A stretch of 64,000 bases of DNA from Pseudomonadales bacterium (GCA_020632265.1 JACKFW010000001.1:218981-282980), one strand, 5' to 3'; positions 27,393 through 38,092 are shown, numbered from the stretch's first letter. The notes: a model not told the origin generated them from the sequence alone. Numbers and translations are program-made.

Positions 27393-28760
27393 TTATAATA
27401 TTTTAATAAATTTTTCAACTTTTTTACAACTCTCTCTAGCAAGTTTAATTGTTAATCCAAGATAGTTCTCCGGATTAAGACTAGATAAATTATTACTTAT
27501 TGATTTTGTCAAATTTTTCCAATCATTTTTTGAGATAGTTTTATTTTTCCCCATCCGGGCGGCTTTCTCATATGCAGAACTATCTCCAATTTTTCTAAGT
27601 TCAGTCTGCCAAGCCTCTAATAATATATTAAAATTTTCATTTAATGAGGCACTAATGTGAAACCTGTCTACTCCAAGATTTTTGACTCCAGAAATTAAAC
27701 TTTTATAAGCAATTAAACAATAACCAAATGCACTACCAAAATTTCTTAAGACAGTGCTCTCTGATAAATCTCTTTGTAATCTACTCATAGGTAATTTTCT
27801 TATAAATCCTTCAAACAAAGAATTAGCAACTGATAAGTTTCCTTCAGAATTTTCAAATTCTATAGGATTGATTTTTTGAGGCATTGTTGATGAACCAACA
27901 AACTTTTCTTTATTAGCTTGAATTAACCAACCGTCACTAATATATCTCCATATATCTTGATTCAAACCAATTAATATATTGTTAAATCGATGAAAAATAG
28001 AAAACAATTTTACAAAATCATCTGCAGGGGCAATTTGAGTTGTTAGATCAATATGCTCAAAATTAAATCCCGTTACAATATCTTTGCTGAGATTCTTCCA
28101 ATTAATTTTTGGATACGAAAAATGCATTGCATGATATCCTCCAACTGCGCCATTAAATTTGCCTTTAAATTTAAACTCTTTTAGTTCGCTTAATATCTCA
28201 ATAAGACGAAGTTCGAAAACCACAAATTCCTTTCCAAGAGTAGTTGGAATTGCTGCCTGACCATGCGTTCTAGCTAGCATTGCAAGAGACGAGTGATGGC
28301 TTGAAAATGAATTCAAATCAATTAAAATATTTTTCATTTCCGGAACAATGACTTCTTTTAATGAATCTGAAATCATCATGCGATATGATAAATTATTAAT
28401 ATCTTCAGAAGTAATTGCGAAATGAATATATTGAGAAATATTTTTTAAACTTGTTTTTTGAAAAGTATCTCTGAGAAAATATTCGATAGCCTTAACATCG
28501 TGATGAGTTTGATTCTCAAACTTTTTAATACTTTTTAACTTTTTAAGATCTAATATATGAAGCTGATTTAAAAAATTAAGCTCACTTTTTGTAAGTGATC
28601 TTAAAACATTATATTTGGAAAGAAGTTTTATATAAGCAATTTCAACCTTAATTCTATATGAAATTAATGCAGCTTCAGAAAAAAATTTTCTAAGTAAAAC
28701 CGTCTTATTTTTATAACGGCCATCAAGAGGAGATAAAGACTGTAGATCATCAATAATCAT
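27393..28760 (-). CDS. purB: Adenylosuccinate lyase PurB.
   Basis: SSTMPQKINPIEFENSEG is the fumarate-lyase signature SSxMPxKxNP. Length 455 aa. Confidence 0.9.
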   Translation of the reverse strand: MIIDDLQSLSPLDGRYKNKTVLLRKFFSEAALISYRIKVEIAYIKLLSKYNVLRSLTKSELNFLNQLHILDLKKLKSIKKFENQTHHDVKAIEYFLRDTFQKTSLKNISQYIHFAITSEDINNLSYRMMISDSLKEVIVPEMKNILIDLNSFSSHHSSLAMLARTHGQAAIPTTLGKEFVVFELRLIEILSELKEFKFKGKFNGAVGGYHAMHFSYPKINWKNLSKDIVTGFNFEHIDLTTQIAPADDFVKLFSIFHRFNNILIGLNQDIWRYISDGWLIQANKEKFVGSSTMPQKINPIEFENSEGNLSVANSLFEGFIRKLPMSRLQRDLSESTVLRNFGSAFGYCLIAYKSLISGVKNLGVDRFHISASLNENFNILLEAWQTELRKIGDSSAYEKAARMGKNKTISKNDWKNLTKSISNNLSSLNPENYLGLTIKLARESCKKVEKFIKIL

Positions 28761-28811
28761 ACTTATATCAACTGTATTATATTATCTTATACAGCAACTA
28801 CCAATACTAAT

Positions 28812-30308
28812 CTAGTGAGTATTTTGAGACCACGTACCCTGAGGAGTGTTCTGTCTAATTGGCGAAGGATCGAGTGCTTGAAATTGTGGAATATCTTCAA
28901 CACCTCTAAAAACCAGTGACAAAATAATATCTTCAGTCAAATTATGAACATGGAACGGGATTGTTGGAACACCATAAGGCAGATGATTCATATAAGATCT
29001 TCTGGTTTCACCTTCTACAAATGATGGCATATCAAATGGCAACATTTTATTATCTAAATATTTTGTTCTCGCTGAAGCTTCGCCTCCATATGGTTTAAAA
29101 TGCTTGCCATCCTCATCAATATAATAAAGCATCCCGCCCGGAGATTCAATTGTACCTCCAGCCACAATTCTAGAAACACCAATGCCTGTGGCACCCAAAG
29201 CCAAAGTTGTAGCAATGTGGTCACTAGCACCACCTTCAACAATTACTGGAATATTAATTTCACCTCTCATTTCCCACAATAAAATTGGCCAATCAATCAC
29301 AGACCCACTTCTCACGCCCGTAATACATCTTCCTCCACCACCTATGCCAACATAAAGGCCATCGGCTCCTGCCTCATCTAATTGCTTAGCTTGTAGAACA
29401 TCTACTACCTGACCGGCAAATAATTCAACTTCCTCGCCAAATTCTTTTCTCATTGCTTTTATTGTTTGAACTGGTCCTTGCCCCGGCTCAGGAGAATAAA
29501 TTCTGAATGTTCTAACGCCTACTTTATATAATGCATTTGCGCGTTCAAGTGCTTTTTCTGGATCTGCATCTACAACTCCCATTACATTTCTTTTCCAGGT
29601 TGTAAGAAGAAATGTTTTTTGATAATGACTTCTGCCAATTAAAACTTCACTTTCATCTAAAGCATTAAATGCTTCTTTTGCCAAAGCAACTTGTCTTTTA
29701 ATTTCATTGAAAGGACCATTTCTAGGTACTCCAACTAATGATAAACATTGAGCCATTGTTGAAATTGCATATACACTTCCCCAAACATCGGGCATTGCAG
29801 AACCAACTAATACAGATCTTGCATATTTACCTAGTTTAACAAATGGACCATGATTTAAACGCGTTTTTCTTGAAACTCTTCTTCTTTGTGATCCTACCAC
29901 TCTTATTCCTAAATCGGAAATTGAAGCTCCAATACCATTTTTAATGTTTTCTTCCATTACCTTACTTTTAATTTTTTGAGGTGCTAGGAAATCTTTTTTT
30001 TGAATTTTCTTAATTTCAGCAATTCGCTCAGGATGGTTAAACAATTCTAAGAAATATTGTCTAATTCTCAAAATTTTCATCATCTTTTCAAAAGGAATCA
30101 TACCTTTTTGTTCATTCTTTAAATAATCAAATGGTGTTTTGAGAAGTCCCTGACTTGGATATGAATTGCTATTTTCTTGACTCTCTATATACCAATATTG
30201 CAAATATGCAGAAATATCTTTTTCAAACGGACTGAGTTTATCTTTAATATATTTTTCCCAAAGATCTTTATCTCTAAATGATGAAAATGGTAATTTTTTT
30301 ATATCCAT
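28812..30308 (-). CDS. IMPDH/GMP-reductase family TIM-barrel oxidoreductase. It has no CBS pair and is probably GuaC-like. It carries an approximately 150-aa N-terminal extension.
   Basis: Catalytic-Cys loop VGIGGGGRCITGVRSGS, compared with GIGPGSICTTR. LVGSAMPDVWGSVYAISTM and IPVIVEGGASDHIATTLALGATGIGV match IMPDH/GMPR core motifs. Only about 45 aa sit where the CBS insert would be. Confidence 0.55.
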   Translation of the reverse strand: MDIKKLPFSSFRDKDLWEKYIKDKLSPFEKDISAYLQYWYIESQENSNSYPSQGLLKTPFDYLKNEQKGMIPFEKMMKILRIRQYFLELFNHPERIAEIKKIQKKDFLAPQKIKSKVMEENIKNGIGASISDLGIRVVGSQRRRVSRKTRLNHGPFVKLGKYARSVLVGSAMPDVWGSVYAISTMAQCLSLVGVPRNGPFNEIKRQVALAKEAFNALDESEVLIGRSHYQKTFLLTTWKRNVMGVVDADPEKALERANALYKVGVRTFRIYSPEPGQGPVQTIKAMRKEFGEEVELFAGQVVDVLQAKQLDEAGADGLYVGIGGGGRCITGVRSGSVIDWPILLWEMRGEINIPVIVEGGASDHIATTLALGATGIGVSRIVAGGTIESPGGMLYYIDEDGKHFKPYGGEASARTKYLDNKMLPFDMPSFVEGETRRSYMNHLPYGVPTIPFHVHNLTEDIILSLVFRGVEDIPQFQALDPSPIRQNTPQGTWSQNTH

Positions 30309-30362
30309 ACGTTTATATATGGTAACAAAAAAATTAAATGTCGCAATGCGTATTAAATAATA

Positions 30363-31460
30363 TTAATCCACCCTCTCATTAAGCAAAGTCCCCGCACTGT
30401 ATCCCTTCACCTTAACAATTTTCTTTTCCATAACCCTAACTCTAGTTCCAGTCAAATCCTCATAATCTTTTTGCAAAACACTTATTGTTCGTCCATATTT
30501 TTCAAAACCAGTTTTAAATTTATCCCATTCAGTCACAAAATCATCAATATATCTGACAACTTCTTTAAGCTTGTCTCCAATCATGAAGTTTCGATAACTT
30601 TCCATCACAGTTCTTACAACAATTAAAAAAGTAAAGGGAGAAACTATGAGAACTCTTTTTCCCATTGCCATGTCTACAATATTTGGAAGAGACTGATTAA
30701 TGATTGAAAAAACAGCTTCATTTGGAACAAACATAATCGCATAGTCCAAAGTATTTTGGGCAGGGTCAATATATTCTGCTACTTTATAGATTTTTGCTTT
30801 TAGATCTTGTTCAAATTGCTTTAAATGAGCTTTTTTATCATTTTTATTTTCAGCTAAACTCATTTTTTGCATTTCTGCATATGGAAATTTAACATCAACT
30901 GGAACGGTTCTTTGATTGGGAAGTAAAATCAAAATATCAGGTTTTAATAATGTGTCTCCCAATTTTTTTTGCTTTGTAAAATGAACGCCTTCAACCAGTC
31001 CATTTGAAATCATAATATCTTCAATAATTCTTTCCCCCCACTCTCCTCGTCTTTGATTATTGGACAAAACTCTAGAAAGAATATCAGTTGAGTTTTTCAA
31101 CTCTCCTGTTAATTCACGATAATGATCGATTGATTTGGATAATTCACCAAATTCTCTCATTCGATCTTTTTCGACATCTCTGATTTCTTTTTGGTGAACA
31201 CCCATTTCTTCACGCAACTGTTGAACCAATTTTTCCATCACTTGTTGTTTATTTTGCAAATCAACTTTTATCAATTCCTTGTCACCCTGTAATATCCTAC
31301 TAGATTGTTCTGCAATTTTTTCAACACTCATGCCAAAAACACGATCAACTAGTTCTTCAATTTGCTGACTTTTTTGATTTAATATTGAATTTTTAATGGA
31401 AAAATATATCAAAATAAAACCTAAAATTAGTACAACCAAAATTATTGATTCAAATAACAT
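30363..31460 (-). CDS. rmuC: DNA recombination protein RmuC.
   Basis: N-terminal TM, long coiled coil, and a C-terminal RmuC domain PDILILLPNQRTVPVDVKFP. Length 365 aa. Confidence 0.7.
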   Translation of the reverse strand: MLFESIILVVLILGFILIYFSIKNSILNQKSQQIEELVDRVFGMSVEKIAEQSSRILQGDKELIKVDLQNKQQVMEKLVQQLREEMGVHQKEIRDVEKDRMREFGELSKSIDHYRELTGELKNSTDILSRVLSNNQRRGEWGERIIEDIMISNGLVEGVHFTKQKKLGDTLLKPDILILLPNQRTVPVDVKFPYAEMQKMSLAENKNDKKAHLKQFEQDLKAKIYKVAEYIDPAQNTLDYAIMFVPNEAVFSIINQSLPNIVDMAMGKRVLIVSPFTFLIVVRTVMESYRNFMIGDKLKEVVRYIDDFVTEWDKFKTGFEKYGRTISVLQKDYEDLTGTRVRVMEKKIVKVKGYSAGTLLNERVD

Positions 31461-31492
31461 ATTTCTAGTATACTGGAAATATTAAATAAAAA

Positions 31493-33193
31493 CTATTTAT
31501 TTTTTAAAGATTTTTCTCTATCACTTATTTCCCTTAAAGCTAGATTTGCTTTTTTAAAAATGTTCTCCTTGCCTATTATCTCATCTAAATTAATTTTTCT
31601 AATAAATTGCTCCAAACTTGGCTTAACACTTACCATAATAAAAGTAATATTGTTTTTCCTTAAAATTCCAACTAAATCTTCAAGCATTAGGACAGCAGTA
31701 GAATCCAAAAAATTGATATTTCTTGATAAAAACATAATGTACCTAATACCCTTTCTACATTTAATTTCATTAAGAATCTCATTCTGTATAGCTTCAACAT
31801 TTGAAAACATTAAACTATGATCAATTGATATAACTAATACTGCATTATTAGATTGAAAAAATTTAAATCTAATCCTTCTTTTTTCTTGTTCCAAAATATC
31901 GCTTGCTTTAAAAAACTCAATTGGAGATGCATAAGCTCGATGTACATAAATTCCAATAGAAAAAATTATTCCTAAAATAATTCCATAGTCTAAGTGAGGA
32001 GCAAATATTAATGTCGATAAAAATGAAAAAATAGCAATATATCCATCGTACTTGTGATGTATTAACAATTTCCTTATTTGCTTAAAATCTATTAAATTAA
32101 TAACAGTTCCTCCAATAATTGCTGCTAAAACAGTTTTTGGCAAAAAATACAAGGTATCCATGAAAAAGATTGAGGTTATAGCTAATACAATTCCTACAAC
32201 TAAAGCAGATAGACCAGTTTTCGAATTACTTTCCAAATTTATAGCCGATCTACTAAAAGAACCTCCAACAGGAATTGTCCCAGAAATACCTGCGCTAATA
32301 TTTGCCAAACCCTGACCAATTAATTCTTGATTTGGATTAATAATTTCTTTTGAATGAAGTGAGAGGGTTTTAGAAATTGAGATACTATTAACATAAGCAA
32401 CTATAGCTACAATAAATGCTGGCAAAAATAATTTTTTTAATAAATCAAAACTATATAAAGGTATAGAAAAATCTGGTAAACCTGTAGGGATGTTTCCAAT
32501 AATACTACCCGAATAACCAGAATATTTACTAAAAATTGTTGATAAAATTACAATTAACAAGATCACTGGAAATTTTTTAAAATATTTTTTTCCAATTATT
32601 ATAATCAGCAATGATGTAAGACCTAAAAACAACGACTGATAATTAATACTATGATATTGACTAAAAATATTTTTAATAATGATGATTAAATGATCATTAT
32701 TATTCACAACTATTCCTAGAATTTTTGGAATTTGGTCAATTATTATTAAAACTACCGCGCCATTAACAAAACCTAATATCACAGATTGCGCAATATATCT
32801 AATCAAATTCCCAACCTTAATTAATCCAAAAATTAATTGAATAATTCCCACCATTAATGCTAGCAAGGCGACTAAAGAAATAAATTCTACGGATCCAGGA
32901 ACAGCAAATTTTGAAATAGAAGTTAATGTCAGTAATGAAACAACTACCGCAGGTCCTGTTGAAAGTTGTTTTGAAGACCCCCAAAGAGAAGCTATGATCA
33001 CGGGTAAAAAACTCGCATACAGTCCAAAACGCGCAGGCATGCCAGCAATTTGCGCATATGCTAATGACTGAGGAATCAAAATAATTGCAATAAGAATACC
33101 CGAAATTAAATCATTTTTCCAGCTATATCTAAGTTCTTTAATCCAACTTAAAAATGGAAATATACTTTTTAACATAACAAGATCCTTATTCAA
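31493..33193 (-). CDS. SulP-family anion permease (sulfate/bicarbonate transporter) with a C-terminal STAS domain.
   Basis: SLAYAQIAGMP SulP signature, about 10-12 TM segments, and a C-terminal STAS-like domain (NAVLVISIDHSLMFSNVEAIQ...). Length 566 aa. Confidence 0.85.
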   Translation of the reverse strand: MNKDLVMLKSIFPFLSWIKELRYSWKNDLISGILIAIILIPQSLAYAQIAGMPARFGLYASFLPVIIASLWGSSKQLSTGPAVVVSLLTLTSISKFAVPGSVEFISLVALLALMVGIIQLIFGLIKVGNLIRYIAQSVILGFVNGAVVLIIIDQIPKILGIVVNNNDHLIIIIKNIFSQYHSINYQSLFLGLTSLLIIIIGKKYFKKFPVILLIVILSTIFSKYSGYSGSIIGNIPTGLPDFSIPLYSFDLLKKLFLPAFIVAIVAYVNSISISKTLSLHSKEIINPNQELIGQGLANISAGISGTIPVGGSFSRSAINLESNSKTGLSALVVGIVLAITSIFFMDTLYFLPKTVLAAIIGGTVINLIDFKQIRKLLIHHKYDGYIAIFSFLSTLIFAPHLDYGIILGIIFSIGIYVHRAYASPIEFFKASDILEQEKRRIRFKFFQSNNAVLVISIDHSLMFSNVEAIQNEILNEIKCRKGIRYIMFLSRNINFLDSTAVLMLEDLVGILRKNNITFIMVSVKPSLEQFIRKINLDEIIGKENIFKKANLALREISDREKSLKNK

Positions 33194-33296
33194 TATAGTA
33201 AATATATTTCGAAAAACATAACAAATTATCTCTAATAGATGTAAATGAAATAAATTTTAGTATACTTTAATTATTGATATTAGATATGAATAATAT

Positions 33297-33314
33297 TAAA
33301 ATTTCGAAATTTTA
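33297..33314. promoter_or_regulatory. Perfect 18-bp palindrome taaaatttcgaaatttta, 30 nt upstream of the 33344 start. A second tttcgaaa core lies at 33207-33214.
   Basis: Self-complementary. Sits in the divergent sulP / 33344 intergenic region. Confidence 0.3.
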
Positions 33315-33343
33315 ATATTATTTACCTAAAAAAATTATTTTAT

Positions 33344-33838
33344 ATGACTGCAAAATCTCGTCTCAAATCTGAAATTAAAAGAGAACTGCTCATAAATAAT
33401 GATACTAATATTTTAAGCTCTTCTACATTTACCAACCATCCAATTTTCAGCAAGTCTCATCTTTACATCAAACACTTGCCTTTATTAGTGCTCGGTTTAA
33501 TATGTTATTTTTTTGTTTTTTTTATAATTATTAATATTTATCCAAAACAAATAGCTAACTTTCCAATTACCAACTCATATTTAATATTACAATTACCGCT
33601 ATTTTTTGCTAACACTTTTTTAATAAGCTATCTTCTGTTAAATATTAATAGAGGAATAAATTTTTCTTTATTTGTTTCAATCGTAGTCTATCTTAAATTA
33701 CAAAGATTTATTTTTGAGTATTGGTGGTTTGTTCCTATTGTGATATCTTTTGTTATAGTTGATTATTACATAAAAATTAGACCAAAAAATGAGAAAATCT
33801 CAGATAAATTTGTCAAACCAAAAAGAAAAAGAAATTAA
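33344..33838 (+). CDS. Hypothetical polytopic membrane protein.
   Basis: Four hydrophobic segments. No family recognised. Confidence 0.3.
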   Translation: MTAKSRLKSEIKRELLINNDTNILSSSTFTNHPIFSKSHLYIKHLPLLVLGLICYFFVFFIIINIYPKQIANFPITNSYLILQLPLFFANTFLISYLLLNINRGINFSLFVSIVVYLKLQRFIFEYWWFVPIVISFVIVDYYIKIRPKNEKISDKFVKPKRKRN

Positions 33839-34145
33839 GTTAATTTTAGCAACATTGCTAGCTGACATCAAAGATCCAAAAGAAATGTATATTTTTTTAG
33901 ATTCATTTCTTAAAAAAAATGAATATTTAGCTTTGAGTAAAAGAATCGCTATTTTAAAATATCTCGCAAAAGGTTTTTCCTACAAAAAGATACACAAAGA
34001 TCTGTCCGTTTCCAGTTCAACAATATCTGCCATGACAAATTTTAAAAATGAAAAAATTTTATCAAAGATTTTAGAAAAATTTGATGTGGATGACTGGTCA
34101 GCAAGAATTACTAAAAAAATATTTAATATTTTTAAATTCAAGTAG
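33789..34145 (+). CDS. Small HTH protein, TrpR/YerC-YecD-like.
   Basis: LALSKRIAILKYLAKGFSYKKIHKDLSVSSSTISAMTN resembles the TrpR-related YerC/YecD helix-turn-helix. Confidence 0.35.
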   Translation: MRKSQINLSNQKEKEIKLILATLLADIKDPKEMYIFLDSFLKKNEYLALSKRIAILKYLAKGFSYKKIHKDLSVSSSTISAMTNFKNEKILSKILEKFDVDDWSARITKKIFNIFKFK

Positions 34146-34183
34146 TTTAGTATATATAAATAGTCTGGTACAATAGTTTCTTA

Positions 34184-35608
34184 ATGACCGAAACTTTCTA
34201 TATTACAACCACCCTTCCTTATGTGAACGCAGATCCACATATTGGCTTTGCTTTAGAAATTATTGCAGCTGATGTCATTGCAAGATATCAAAAATTATCA
34301 GGAAAAGAAGTCATTTTTAACACAGGTACGGATGAGCATGGACAAAAAATTTATCAAAAAGCATTGGAATCTGAAAAAAATATTCATGATTATGTAAATT
34401 TCTATGCCGAGAAATTTTCAAATTTAAAAGAAATATTAAATCTTGATTACACAAATTTTATTAGAACAACCGATCAGAATCATATTGAGGCTGCCCAAGT
34501 ATTTTGGTCAAAATGTCAAAAAAATGGCGATATTTATAAAAAAATGTATACAATTTCATATTGTGTAGGATGCGAATTAGAAAAAAATGTTTCCGACCTT
34601 GTTGACGGAAAATGTCCACTCCACCCAACAGAAAAAATTGAATTGATTGAAGAGGAGAATTATTTTTTTAAATTTTCTAAATACCAAAATGAACTACTCA
34701 ATTTATACGAATTAAATAAGGAATTTGTTAAGCCAGAAGGAAAATTGTCTGAAATTTCATCTTTTGTATCGGGTGGTTTAAAAGACTTTAGTATTTCAAG
34801 ATTAAAAGAAAAAATGTCGTGGGGAGTTCCAATTCCCAATGATGACAAACATGTTATGTATGTTTGGTTCGACGCATTAGTAAATTACGTATCAACTATC
34901 GGTTGGCCAAAAAATATTAATAATTTTAATAAATTCTGGCCCGTAATTCAAATTGCAGGAAAAGACAACTTGAGGCAACAAGCTGCAATGTGGCAAGCAA
35001 TGCTTATATCTGCTGGAATTTCAAATAGTAAGCAAATTTTAATTAATGGCTTTATTAATGTCGAAGGTCAAAAAATGAGTAAATCATTGGGCAATGTTAT
35101 CTCTCCATCAGAAATGTTTAATAGATACGGCACAGACGGAACAAGATATTTATTGATGAATCTTGGCCCATTTGGATCTGACATGGATGTGTCGTGGGAT
35201 AAATTTGATTCTACATTTAATTCAGCACTTTCAAACGGCCTTGGAAATCTTTGTTCAAGAGTTGCAAAAATGTGTGAACAAAGTAATGAGAAATTCAACA
35301 TTAATTCTGCAAACCCGCAATTCTCGTCAGTATTTCATGAAAGTATGAATAACTTTGATTTAAAAAACGCTTTGAATCAAATTAATGATTTAATTTCAAA
35401 TACTGATAAATATCTAAGCGACACTCAACCATGGACAAAATCTGGCAATGAACAAAAGGAAATTTTACAAAATGCAATTTCTAACATTCTTACAATTGCA
35501 TCAAATCTCCAATCATTTACTCCTTTAACAGCTAAAAAGATTAATGATCATTTTAATCAAGAAAAAATAAGTAGCATAAAACCATTATTTCCAAGACTAC
35601 CTAAATAA
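34184..35608 (+). CDS. metG: Methionyl-tRNA synthetase (short form).
   Basis: HIGH-type PYVNADPHIGFA. KMSKS motif KMSKSLGN. Zn-knuckle region CVGCELE...CPLH. Length 474 aa. Confidence 0.9.
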   Translation: MTETFYITTTLPYVNADPHIGFALEIIAADVIARYQKLSGKEVIFNTGTDEHGQKIYQKALESEKNIHDYVNFYAEKFSNLKEILNLDYTNFIRTTDQNHIEAAQVFWSKCQKNGDIYKKMYTISYCVGCELEKNVSDLVDGKCPLHPTEKIELIEEENYFFKFSKYQNELLNLYELNKEFVKPEGKLSEISSFVSGGLKDFSISRLKEKMSWGVPIPNDDKHVMYVWFDALVNYVSTIGWPKNINNFNKFWPVIQIAGKDNLRQQAAMWQAMLISAGISNSKQILINGFINVEGQKMSKSLGNVISPSEMFNRYGTDGTRYLLMNLGPFGSDMDVSWDKFDSTFNSALSNGLGNLCSRVAKMCEQSNEKFNINSANPQFSSVFHESMNNFDLKNALNQINDLISNTDKYLSDTQPWTKSGNEQKEILQNAISNILTIASNLQSFTPLTAKKINDHFNQEKISSIKPLFPRLPK

Positions 35609-35623
35609 AATCTTTTAGATGAT

Positions 35624-36505
35624 ATGATTATCGATACTCATTGCCACTATAATTTGGAACCACTTTCCGAAAATGTTGTAAAACACTGGAAAAAAGCACA
35701 AGAAAGCGGGGTTGAAGCATCTATTGTAATAGGAACTGATTTAGAAAATAGCAAGCTTGCAATTGAAATTGCAAGCAACAATCAAGGCTTATATGCAAGC
35801 ATCGGCCTGCATCCTGGAAATTGCCAAGAAGACATTAAGAAACTGCTCATTGGTGATACATATTCTCAAGTTAATATTGATAAATCAATTGATAATCATT
35901 TAAATTTATTTGAAGTCTTGCTCAATCAACAATTGTCAAATCATAACTTAAAGTTACTGGCAGTTGGAGAAATTGGTTTAGATTATTATCGTCTTAAAAC
36001 TAAAGGTCTCAAGCGTCAATTGGTGGTTGAAATGCAAAAAAGAATGTTTCAATTTCAATTAAACCTCGCCTTTAAAAATAATTTGCTTGCAATCATTCAT
36101 GTAAGAGACCAAAATGATCGACATCTTCAAAATGCTTATCAAGACACTATTAATATTTTAGAAGATACTATTCAAAGCTTAAACGTATCTCCAAGATTTA
36201 TTCTTCACTGTGCATCTGGCAGTTTAGACTATATAAAAAAAGGGTTGAAATTAGGTGCTTACATTGGTGTTGCTGGAAATGTAACTTATGACAATGCAGA
36301 AAATATTAGAGCAATCATTGATCATACTCCATCAAATCGAATATTATTAGAAACTGATGCCCCATATCTTGTTCCTAAAGGATATAAAACGCAAATTTGT
36401 GAACCCTATATGATAAAAACAACTGCTGAATTTTTACAACAAAAAATGAAGATAAATCTTGATATAATCAGACAGAATGCAAATAACTTTTTATTCAACA
36501 AATAA
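35624..36505 (+). CDS. tatD: TatD-family metal-dependent DNase/hydrolase.
   Basis: MIIDTHCHYN. Conserved His/Glu/Asp at positions typical of TatD (GEIGLDY, HVRD, ETDAPYL). Confidence 0.85.
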   Translation: MIIDTHCHYNLEPLSENVVKHWKKAQESGVEASIVIGTDLENSKLAIEIASNNQGLYASIGLHPGNCQEDIKKLLIGDTYSQVNIDKSIDNHLNLFEVLLNQQLSNHNLKLLAVGEIGLDYYRLKTKGLKRQLVVEMQKRMFQFQLNLAFKNNLLAIIHVRDQNDRHLQNAYQDTINILEDTIQSLNVSPRFILHCASGSLDYIKKGLKLGAYIGVAGNVTYDNAENIRAIIDHTPSNRILLETDAPYLVPKGYKTQICEPYMIKTTAEFLQQKMKINLDIIRQNANNFLFNK

Positions 36506-36508
36506 ACT

Positions 36509-38029
36509 GTGAAAAACAATACTATGGGTAACTTTGTAAGAAATTATTTTAAAATTCATCCCGTCAGAACTCAGCGTGCTCTAGAGATAATTCCAGGTCT
36601 CTTTTCCTGGGGACTAATTCTTTTTCCTTTTTGGGGATCACTAATTATACCCGATATAGTTGCTTATTATATTATTGCATTTGCAATCTATTGGCTATAT
36701 AAATCATTGCTTTTATCAGTCCTTGCAATTGCAGCTCACTTCAAAATTCAAGCCGCGAGTAAATTTGACTGGATTGCTGATATAAAAAAAGATTATCCAG
36801 ATACCTGGAACAAAATTCACCACTTAATTATTATCCCAACTTACAAAGAGCCTTTGACCACATTAAAACGAACCTTAAAAGCATTAAAAAATCAAAAAAT
36901 CCCTCTAAAAAATATTCATGTGATGTTATCATTTGAAGAGCGCGAAGGATCAGATGCTAGAGAAAAATCTAAATTGCTCTTAGAAGAATTCCGGGGAATT
37001 TTTGGAAACATGTGGACCACCTACCATCCTGATATCTTAGGAGAGGTAAAAGGCAAATCGTCCAATACTTGTTGGGGCGCTAAACAAGCAAAAAAAATTC
37101 TGATTGATGAACAAGGTCTTGATTTAAATATGGTCACAATTACTAGCGAAGACGCTGATGCGGTATTTCATCCCAATTATTTTGCAGCAGTTACTCAGGA
37201 CTTCTTGTTCGTAGAAGAACCTTACAACAAAATCTGGCAAGGAGCAGTAGTTTTTTATAATAACATTTGGAAAGTACCATCGGCAGTTAGAGTGCTTTCT
37301 TCTATGTATTCGGTAATTCAAATGCATTTACTAATGCGCTCAGATAGATTAATCAACTTTTCAACCTACACGACATCACTCAAGCACGTTGTGGACATTG
37401 ACTATTGGGATACTGATGTTATTCCCGAAGATTATCGACTATTTTTTAAATCTTATTTTGCTAAAAAAGGTAATTTTGATGTCAGACCAATATTTTTACC
37501 AATTCTTTCTGACGCCGCTGAATCTCATAATACCTGGTCCACTTATAATAATCTCTATCAACAACTTACTAGATGGGCTTGGGGCGTAAGTGATGATGCC
37601 TACATAATAAAACAATATGTTAAGGCCACTGAAATTCCTTTTTGGGATAAAACTATTAGAGTTTTTAAAACTATTCAAGATCATTTTTTATGGCCAGTGA
37701 ATTGGTTTGCAGTAACTATCTCAGCATTTTTACCTCCATTACTCAATCCAGTATTTAATAGAACAGTCTTGGGCAAAACTCTTCCTCAAGTTACTTCAAC
37801 ATTACTCACACTTTCATTAGTCTCAATGATCGTCGTATTTGTAATTGATGCAATGAATCGACCGCAAAGACCAAACCGATACAATCCACTTTCATATATC
37901 ATGCAACCACTGGAATTTTTACTTTTACCAATCATTGGCTTCTTCTTTTCTGCATTACCAGGAATAGATGCTCATACTAGACTTATGTTTGGAAAATATA
38001 TTGAATATAAGGTTACTGAAAAAGTATAG
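36509..38029 (+). CDS. Membrane-embedded processive family-2 glycosyltransferase (cellulose/chitin/hyaluronan-synthase-like).
   Basis: IIIPTYKEP (GT2 start), TSEDADAVFHPNYF (DxD region), QQLTRWAWG (QxxRW processivity motif), and N- and C-terminal TM helices. Confidence 0.65.
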   Translation: MKNNTMGNFVRNYFKIHPVRTQRALEIIPGLFSWGLILFPFWGSLIIPDIVAYYIIAFAIYWLYKSLLLSVLAIAAHFKIQAASKFDWIADIKKDYPDTWNKIHHLIIIPTYKEPLTTLKRTLKALKNQKIPLKNIHVMLSFEEREGSDAREKSKLLLEEFRGIFGNMWTTYHPDILGEVKGKSSNTCWGAKQAKKILIDEQGLDLNMVTITSEDADAVFHPNYFAAVTQDFLFVEEPYNKIWQGAVVFYNNIWKVPSAVRVLSSMYSVIQMHLLMRSDRLINFSTYTTSLKHVVDIDYWDTDVIPEDYRLFFKSYFAKKGNFDVRPIFLPILSDAAESHNTWSTYNNLYQQLTRWAWGVSDDAYIIKQYVKATEIPFWDKTIRVFKTIQDHFLWPVNWFAVTISAFLPPLLNPVFNRTVLGKTLPQVTSTLLTLSLVSMIVVFVIDAMNRPQRPNRYNPLSYIMQPLEFLLLPIIGFFFSALPGIDAHTRLMFGKYIEYKVTEKV

Positions 38030-38092
38030 TTGATGCAATTCTTTTCAAGATAACGTATACTTATTTTATAGTAATTAAGTCAAACAAATTCT

